Virus record (IMG/VR): IMGVR_UViG_3300045988_027468
DNA from: a virus
Direction: 5' to 3' (one strand)
DNA: 12,430 bases
This document shows positions 1 to 5,421 of this stretch, in pieces (position 1 is the stretch's first letter; each line of letters opens with the position of its first letter). The notes below the pieces were generated by a model. The model was not told the origin of the DNA and ran no database searches. It was given only the letters and a program-made list of their open reading frames with translations. The position numbers and the translations under genes are program-made.

Positions 1-55
1 TTAACACTGTTAAAAATCACTAATTTTGTTAACTTTTCGTCTGTTTTTATTAACT
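1..55 (+). repeat. Terminal 55-bp unit, copy 1 of a direct repeat (copy 2 at 174-228; mirrored at 12376-12430 and 12203-12257)
   Basis: ttaacactgttaaaaatcactaattttgttaacttttcgtctgtttttattaact is identical at 1-55 and 174-228. It begins with the interrupted palindrome TTAACAcTGTTAA (1-13). Confidence 0.95.
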
Positions 56-173
56 AGGTACACAAGGCACCCTATTTTAACATTCCAACACATATTTAAC
101 AGTTGCTAACACTTTGGCACGCTTTTTGCTGTGTGCCGCAATTACGATTATTTAACACATTTAACATTGTTAA

Positions 174-228
174 TTAACACTGTTAAAAATCACTAATTTT
201 GTTAACTTTTCGTCTGTTTTTATTAACT
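174..228 (+). repeat. Internal copy of the terminal 55-bp unit, 173 bp inside the genome end
   Basis: Exact 55/55 match to 1-55. It is preceded by a third TTAACAtTGTTAA palindrome (161-173), which creates GTTAATTAAC at the junction (169-178). Confidence 0.95.
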
Positions 229-245
229 TTTGCCTGTCTATTATT

Positions 246-287
246 GTTTCACGTGGAACAACCTGTTAGTAATGTTTCACGTGAAAC
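246..287. promoter_or_regulatory. Pair of CACGTG-core palindromic sites at the inner ITR edge: GTTTCACGTGgAAC (246-259) and perfect GTTTCACGTGAAAC (274-287)
   Basis: The 14-bp perfect palindrome is read directly. The same 14-mer recurs at 5134-5147 and 12144-12157. Putative operator or protein-binding site; function is inferred only. Confidence 0.5.
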
Positions 288-339
288 TAAATGTTAACAG
301 ATATTAATTTTATTCTTTAAGATTTCTTAACAGAAAAAA

Positions 340-371
340 TTTGGTGGTTTCGCAAAAATGCAGTATCTTTG
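340..371 (+). promoter_or_regulatory. Left inward promoter, Bacteroides-type (-33 TTTG at 340-343, 20-nt spacer, -7 TAtcTTTG at 364-371)
   Basis: Matches the Bacteroides primary-sigma consensus TTTG / TAnnTTTG with 19-21 nt spacing. The 40-mer 338-377 is 34/40 identical to the reverse complement of 12054-12093. Confidence 0.6.
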
Positions 372-420
372 CAGCAGTTTTAGAAACAATATAAGTTTAA
401 CAATTTAAATTAAGGTAATT

Positions 421-588
421 ATGAACGAAAATTTTAATGAGACTGTTTTTAACTGCATCACTAGTGTTAACGCTTTGATGACTAGTAATGAGGTTACCAA
501 AGATGATAAGGCGGTTATCAAGTTGAACCGTTTTAAGAAGTGGTTGAATGAGTTTGCAGCCGCAAACGGTATGAACGAAGTTAAGTAG
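421..588 (+). CDS. Small hypothetical protein (55 aa, MNENFNETVF...NGMNEVK), first ORF downstream of the left promoter
   Basis: ATG 421 to TAG 586-588, read by hand and below the ORF-track length cutoff. It is co-oriented with the promoter and downstream genes. Coding status is uncertain because a 62-aa antisense ORF also exists here. Confidence 0.4.
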   Translation: MNENFNETVFNCITSVNALMTSNEVTKDDKAVIKLNRFKKWLNEFAAANGMNEVK

Positions 589-637
589 TTCACACCACAG
601 GTAACACGAAGTTTAACGTTAAATAATTTATAAAGTT

Positions 638-1003
638 ATGCCAAAAGGTTTTAGTTTTGCTAGTACTTTTAACAAGACTAGCTTTGGAATCGATACAACA
701 GATTTTCCATTTGTTAAGTTAACAGACATCTACAACAGCGAGAAAGATGGCGGCGGTGATGTGGTACACCCTATCAATGGTATGTACGTTCACAAATCAC
801 AATTGGGTGATTCACCTGTGATTATTGACGCTGAGAATAAGCGTTTAGTGAACTTACCACAGTTCACAGGTGACACGGTACGGGAGATTCTCGCTAACAG
901 TGACGCAGTAGAGGCGATTAAAGCCAACAAAGTTGGCTATACTATTTACGAATATGAATCGCACGCAAAGAAGTGTTACGGTATCACATTCGTTGATAAG
1001 TAG
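638..1003 (+). CDS. Hypothetical early protein (121 aa); by position a candidate ssDNA- or dsDNA-binding replication accessory protein
   Basis: Clean ORF ending in a double stop (TAG TAG) and followed by a hairpin. It lies upstream of the terminal protein/DNA polymerase pair, where phi29-like phages encode p5/p6. No motif recognised. Confidence 0.7.
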   Translation: MPKGFSFASTFNKTSFGIDTTDFPFVKLTDIYNSEKDGGGDVVHPINGMYVHKSQLGDSPVIIDAENKRLVNLPQFTGDTVREILANSDAVEAIKANKVGYTIYEYESHAKKCYGITFVDK

Positions 1004-1025
1004 TAGTTAGTGTAAGGTTGGTTTC

Positions 1026-1068
1026 ACAGGGGCGGCAAATTGATTTTTGTTTGCCCCTGTCTTTGTTT
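1026..1068 (+). terminator. Hairpin (acaggggc...gcccctgt) followed by a T-rich tract; possible intrinsic terminator or attenuator
   Basis: 8-bp GC-rich stem at 1026-1033 / 1053-1060, then ctttgttt. Confidence 0.45.
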
Positions 1069-1088
1069 AATTTAAATCTTTCTTTAAA

Positions 1089-1760
1089 ATGGCTAAACAG
1101 AATCCTATAGGGTTTACAAACAAAACGTTTGCACTTACTAGCAAAGTGCAATTAGATAAGCAAATATTAACTGCTGTAGAATCACGTGGGTATTTGCGTA
1201 AAGAGATTGCACGTGTATTTCAACAGGCAAACAGACGCATTCAGAACGTAGAAAAATCGGGTATAGTTTCGCCAGCTGTTGTTGCACTTAACAAAGGTAA
1301 TATAACAGGTTTCACAAAATTCTCTATGCGTCACAGTTGGGAAGATTTAAAGATTGAGTACGCCAAAGCGGTTTCTTTTTTACGTCAGCCAACATCTACT
1401 GCAACAGGTACGAAAGAATACGCAGAATACTTGAAAAAAGCCTATGATTTGGACGATAAAAGTTTTGCCCTTATGCAAAATAAGTTAATGGGTAAAATTG
1501 CAAGTGTTTCAGATGAGCGTTTTTTGGAACAGTACTTAATGCAATATAAAGATTTTACAGGTGAACTAGAACAGGAATCCAAAGACGTTTCAGACCAAAT
1601 CGAAGATGATGCAGTAAAAATTGAAAATGCCTTAGATGATGCCTTAGAGCAAATAGGCAATGACCCAAACGCAGAAGCATTTATTAATGACGTGGATTCC
1701 TATAATACAGATGAACCGTTAAAGCGTATATTAGACGAATTTAAAAAATTTGGTTTATAA
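1089..1760 (+). CDS. Putative terminal protein (TP) for protein-primed replication (223 aa)
   Basis: Immediately upstream of, and coupled by a TAATG overlap to, the protein-primed DNA polymerase gene, as in phi29 gene 3/gene 2. It has a basic N-terminal region (IARVFQQANRRIQNVEKSG) and a very acidic C-terminal third containing ..DVDSYNTDE.., which resembles the phi29 TP priming-loop context FDSEGN as recalled from memory. Confidence 0.6.
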   Translation: MAKQNPIGFTNKTFALTSKVQLDKQILTAVESRGYLRKEIARVFQQANRRIQNVEKSGIVSPAVVALNKGNITGFTKFSMRHSWEDLKIEYAKAVSFLRQPTSTATGTKEYAEYLKKAYDLDDKSFALMQNKLMGKIASVSDERFLEQYLMQYKDFTGELEQESKDVSDQIEDDAVKIENALDDALEQIGNDPNAEAFINDVDSYNTDEPLKRILDEFKKFGL

Positions 1761-3970
1761 TGAAGAAAATTCCCTTTGCACTACATACCGAAACGTTCAC
1801 GCCGAAAGATATTACAAAAGTTTTGTCTTTGGCTGTGAACGATAAGAATTTTACAGGAAACAATAAGGGTGAAAAGTTCTTAAACGTTCCTGTATCTTTC
1901 GATATAGAAACCACATCTTTTTACCGTGATGTGGACGGAGAAACTTACACCTATGACCGTTATATAAAATTGGGCGGTAAACAAACAAAGATGGAAAAAT
2001 GTTCTTTAATGTACGTTTGGCAATTTGGAATTAACGGTTATTGCATAATAGGTAGAACGTGGGACGAATTTATAACTATGCTGAATGAGATTTCAGACGT
2101 TTTAAACCTGTCTGAAAAGAAACGTATTATTATATACGTTCACAATTTAGCCTATGAGTTCCAATTTTTCAGAGAGTTATTGCAGTGGACAAAGGTTTTT
2201 TCAATAGACCTTAGAAAACCTATTTACGGAATAACTGAAAACGGTATAGAATTTAGATGTAGTTATCTGTTATCGGGTTATTCACTTGCAAAGTTAGGTG
2301 AACAATTACACAAATATAAATGTGAAAAGTTGGTCGGTGATTTAGATTACAGCCTGTTACGTCACAACAAAACACCGTTGACACAAAAAGAAATGGGTTA
2401 TTGTTTGAACGATATTAAAGTAGTTATGTGTTATATACAGGAACTAATCGAACAATATAAAAACATTACCCATTTACCGATAACGAAGACAGGTTTTGTG
2501 CGTAAATATTGCCGTTCTGTGTGTTTTAAGACAACAGACCCCGAAACAGGTAAAACCGTACAAAATTTTAAGTATTTGGATAAAATCCATAACTTAAATA
2601 TAACAGGTATGGAAGAATTTGAAATGCTACAAAGAGCCTTTTCGGGCGGTTTCACGCACGCAAACGCAAAGTACACAGATGAAGTTATAGAAAACGTAGA
2701 TAGTTACGATTTTACAAGTAGTTACCCCTATGTGATGGTAAGCGAAAAATTTCCTATGAGTACAGGCGTTTTCGTTCCTGTTAAGTCTATGAAACAATTT
2801 GAGTTTATGACCTCAAAATATTGCTGTGTCTTTGACGTGGAATTTACGAATATCTTTGCAAAATCAGATAACGAAAATCCAATATCGGTTAGTAAGTGTT
2901 TCGTAAAGGAAAACGTATCAGAAAATAACGGTCGTTTGGTTTGTGCTAGTAAGATATGTATGACAATTACCGAAATAGATTACAGGGTGTTTTCGCAGTT
3001 CTATATGTGGGAATCTGTGAGAATCGGCAAAATGATTTGTTACCGCAAAGAATATTTGCCAACAGAGTTTATTAAATCCATTTTGCACCTGTATGAAATG
3101 AAAACGAAACTAAAAGGGGTTAAGGGCAAAGAAGTTGAGTATTTGAATAGCAAAGAAATGCTGAATAGCTGTTACGGTATGAGTGTGACAAACCCTTTGC
3201 GTGATGAAATCGTCTGTGATGGTGAAATGTGGGACGTTGAGCATTTAACAGGTGAAAAACGCTTAGAAGTACTTAACAAATACAATGATAGCAAAAACCG
3301 TTTTCTTTTCTATCCGTGGGGAATATATGTAACAGCCTATGCACGTAGGAATCTTTTTACAGGTATTCTAGAATGCGGTGACGATTACATCTACAGTGAT
3401 ACAGACAGCGTTAAAATCAAGAACGGCGAAGACCACAAAGAGTATTTCAAAGCCTATAACGATTTGGCACAGCAAAAATTACGTGCAGCCTGTAAGTTTC
3501 ATAAAATACCGTTTGAAAAGGTTGAGCCTGTCACGATTAAGGGAATCGCAAAACCTTTGGGCGTTTGGGATTATGAGGGACGTTACACACGTTTTAAAAC
3601 TTTGGGTGCAAAACGTTATATGGTGCAGGAAAAAGGAGCGTTGACGGTAAACGGTAAAGATTACGATTACAGTTTGACGGTATCGGGTGTTAACAAGAAA
3701 TCTGCTATACCCTATATGTTAGAAACATTTGGGGAAAACGGAATCTTTGACGCTTTTACTAATTACTTAGATATTCCACCGTCTGCAACAGGTAAGAATA
3801 TACACACCTATGTAGATTATGAACAGAGTGGAACTATCACCGATTATTTGGGTACGGTTTCTACTTATGACACAAAAACAGGTGTTCATTTAGAGCCTAC
3901 AGGGTACACTTTGAGCCTGTCAGTACTTTATATAAATTATTTAATGGGAATCAGATTAAAGAAAGAATAA
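1760..3970 (+). CDS. Family B DNA polymerase, protein-primed type (736 aa)
   Basis: Motifs read from the translation: ExoI FDIETTS (D48/E50); ExoII HNLAYEFQF; ExoIII YCLNDIKVV; motif A DSYDFTSSYPYVM; motif B KEMLNSCYGMS; motif C YSDTDSV (nt 3392-3412); KxY LGAKRYMV. Confidence 0.97.
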   Translation: MKKIPFALHTETFTPKDITKVLSLAVNDKNFTGNNKGEKFLNVPVSFDIETTSFYRDVDGETYTYDRYIKLGGKQTKMEKCSLMYVWQFGINGYCIIGRTWDEFITMLNEISDVLNLSEKKRIIIYVHNLAYEFQFFRELLQWTKVFSIDLRKPIYGITENGIEFRCSYLLSGYSLAKLGEQLHKYKCEKLVGDLDYSLLRHNKTPLTQKEMGYCLNDIKVVMCYIQELIEQYKNITHLPITKTGFVRKYCRSVCFKTTDPETGKTVQNFKYLDKIHNLNITGMEEFEMLQRAFSGGFTHANAKYTDEVIENVDSYDFTSSYPYVMVSEKFPMSTGVFVPVKSMKQFEFMTSKYCCVFDVEFTNIFAKSDNENPISVSKCFVKENVSENNGRLVCASKICMTITEIDYRVFSQFYMWESVRIGKMICYRKEYLPTEFIKSILHLYEMKTKLKGVKGKEVEYLNSKEMLNSCYGMSVTNPLRDEIVCDGEMWDVEHLTGEKRLEVLNKYNDSKNRFLFYPWGIYVTAYARRNLFTGILECGDDYIYSDTDSVKIKNGEDHKEYFKAYNDLAQQKLRAACKFHKIPFEKVEPVTIKGIAKPLGVWDYEGRYTRFKTLGAKRYMVQEKGALTVNGKDYDYSLTVSGVNKKSAIPYMLETFGENGIFDAFTNYLDIPPSATGKNIHTYVDYEQSGTITDYLGTVSTYDTKTGVHLEPTGYTLSLSVLYINYLMGIRLKKE

Positions 3971-3971
3971 T

Positions 3972-5108
3972 ATGAAACAGAAGAAAGAAAAGGTGGAAAC
4001 ACCGAAATTTTATTCTTTGTCTAGAATCTTAGCAAAGAACGCAGACTATAACGTTATCTTTGGTGAACGTTCAAATGGTAAGACTTACGCAACCTTACTT
4101 TATGGAATCAAAGAATATTTGCGCACAGGAAAACAAATGGCGTATATTCGTAGATGGCGTGAAGATTTAAGGGGCAAACGTGCAGAAAGTTTGTTTGCAA
4201 ATCACGTTTCAAACGGTGTTATCGAAGAACTTACAAACGGTAAATTTAACGAAGTCTTTTACGTTTCGGGAAAATGGTTTCTTTCAAGCTATGACCCCGA
4301 AACAAAGAAACGTGTACCCGATAACGTACCGTTCTGTTTTGGTTTCTGTCTGTCAGAACAGGAACACGAAAAAAGTAGTAGTTATCCAAACATAACTACT
4401 ATTGTTTTCGATGAGTTTTTGACTAGACGTTATTATTTACCCGATGAATTTATGCTGTATATGAACCTGTTAAGTACTATCATAAGACAACGTAATGATG
4501 TTAAGGTTTTTATGTTGGGTAACACAGTAAACCAATTTTGCCCATATTTTACAGAAATGGGATTGAAACAGGTGCGAGTGATGGAACAGGGAACAATAGA
4601 TATTTATAAATTCGGTGAACACGGTGCAACCGTGGCTGTAGAATATTGTAGTACTATTGTTAAGCAAAAAGCGAGTAACAAATATTTCTGTTTCGATAAT
4701 CAGAACTTGCAGATGATTACGGGCGGTAAATGGGAACTCGCAGTTTATCCCCATTTGCCTGTGAAATATACCCCGAAAGATGTGCTTTTCGTTTTCTACA
4801 TACAGTTTAACGAAATGACATTACAGGGTAATATAATACAGGTTGAAACGTCAGACGGTGTTAATAACTTTATGTATATCCACAATAAGACCACACCGAT
4901 AAAAGACACAGAGAATAGTTTGATTTATTCACTTTGTATGAATGGAAAACCAAACTACAGACGCAAACTACTGTCAACAGCTAGTTACGTTGAATCTCAG
5001 ATAACGAAGTATTTCGCCACCGATAAGGTGTTTTATCAGAATAACGAAATCGGCGAAATTGTGCGAAACTACTTGATGGCTAGTAGCAGAAGTAATATTA
5101 TTACTTAA
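3972..5108 (+). CDS. DNA encapsidation (packaging) ATPase, phi29 gp16-like (378 aa)
   Basis: Walker A GERSNGKT and Walker B TTIVFDEF. Extended resemblance to recalled phi29 gp16 blocks (SYDRILNFVIGARGIGKSY..., YPNVSTIVFDEF..., LSNAVSVVNPYF). Confidence 0.9.
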   Translation: MKQKKEKVETPKFYSLSRILAKNADYNVIFGERSNGKTYATLLYGIKEYLRTGKQMAYIRRWREDLRGKRAESLFANHVSNGVIEELTNGKFNEVFYVSGKWFLSSYDPETKKRVPDNVPFCFGFCLSEQEHEKSSSYPNITTIVFDEFLTRRYYLPDEFMLYMNLLSTIIRQRNDVKVFMLGNTVNQFCPYFTEMGLKQVRVMEQGTIDIYKFGEHGATVAVEYCSTIVKQKASNKYFCFDNQNLQMITGGKWELAVYPHLPVKYTPKDVLFVFYIQFNEMTLQGNIIQVETSDGVNNFMYIHNKTTPIKDTENSLIYSLCMNGKPNYRRKLLSTASYVESQITKYFATDKVFYQNNEIGEIVRNYLMASSRSNIIT

Positions 5109-5120
5109 AATATGTTAAGA

Positions 5121-5162
5121 CAGGGTAAAAATTGTTTCACGTGAAACATTTTCCCTGTTTTA
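5121..5162 (+). terminator. Large imperfect hairpin (cagggtaaaaattgtttcac / gtgaaacattttccctg) followed by a T tract; terminator of the replication/packaging module
   Basis: The stem arms are read directly. The hairpin core is the 14-bp palindrome GTTTCACGTGAAAC (5134-5147). The T-rich run ttttatttgg follows. Confidence 0.6.
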
Positions 5163-5194
5163 TTTGGTCGTTTCAGATATTTTGTTTATCTTTG
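5163..5194 (+). promoter_or_regulatory. Middle promoter, Bacteroides-type (-33 TTTG 5163-5166, 20-nt spacer, -7 TAtcTTTG 5187-5194), driving the morphogenesis module
   Basis: Same architecture as the terminal promoters and the same flanks (ATTTGGTnGTTTC ... TATCTTTGCA). Confidence 0.6.
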
Positions 5195-5226
5195 CACCAT
5201 TAAATAACAAAGTTAAAATTTGCTAT

Positions 5227-5421
5227 ATGGATATAAACGCAATAGTATCGCTAGTTAGTAACGTGGGGTTTCCTGTTGCTGTCTGTATTGGTCTTTTCTT
5301 TTATATGGAGAAACAGAACGAACGCCACCAACAGGAAACCGATAAGTTAAACGAAACCGTACAGAGTAACACGAAAGTGTTAACAGAACTTTGTACATTA
5401 ATTAAAACACTTGTGAAGTAA
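5227..5421 (+). CDS. Small single-pass membrane protein (64 aa), candidate holin or YvrJ-like protein
   Basis: ATG at 5227 is preferred over the TTG at 5164, which would make the promoter coding. It has one hydrophobic helix (IVSLVSNVGFPVAVCIGLFFYM) followed by a charged, coiled-coil-like tail. Its stop overlaps the portal ATG (TAATG). Confidence 0.6.
   Translation: MDINAIVSLVSNVGFPVAVCIGLFFYMEKQNERHQQETDKLNETVQSNTKVLTELCTLIKTLVK

Larger units (their letters stand above)
1..287. repeat. Left inverted terminal repeat (ITR-L), 287 bp, perfect reverse complement of 12144-12430
   Basis: Reverse-complementing 12144-12430 by hand reproduces 1-287 exactly. Identity breaks at 288 (t) versus the complement of 12143. 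The inner edge falls in the palindrome GTTTCACGTGAAAC. Confidence 0.95.

Noticed and set aside
21-28. TAatTTTG inside the terminal 55-mer (also at 194-201) as an additional Bacteroides -7 box
   Set aside because: No TTTG -33 element lies at the required 19-21 nt spacing; for copy 1 it would fall outside the genome. In this AT-rich repeat the match is plausibly chance. Transcript mapping would be needed to support it.
405-593. 62-aa minus-strand ORF at the left end
   Set aside because: It is antisense to the left promoter and to all neighbouring genes and has no promoter of its own. A co-oriented 55-aa plus-strand ORF (421-588) occupies the same DNA, so the region may instead be the plus-strand ORF or non-coding.
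5164-5226. TTG-initiated N-terminal extension of the small membrane protein (85-aa version)
   Set aside because: The extension would translate through the -33/-7 promoter elements (5163-5194). The ATG at 5227 leaves the promoter intergenic and gives a sensible 64-aa membrane protein.
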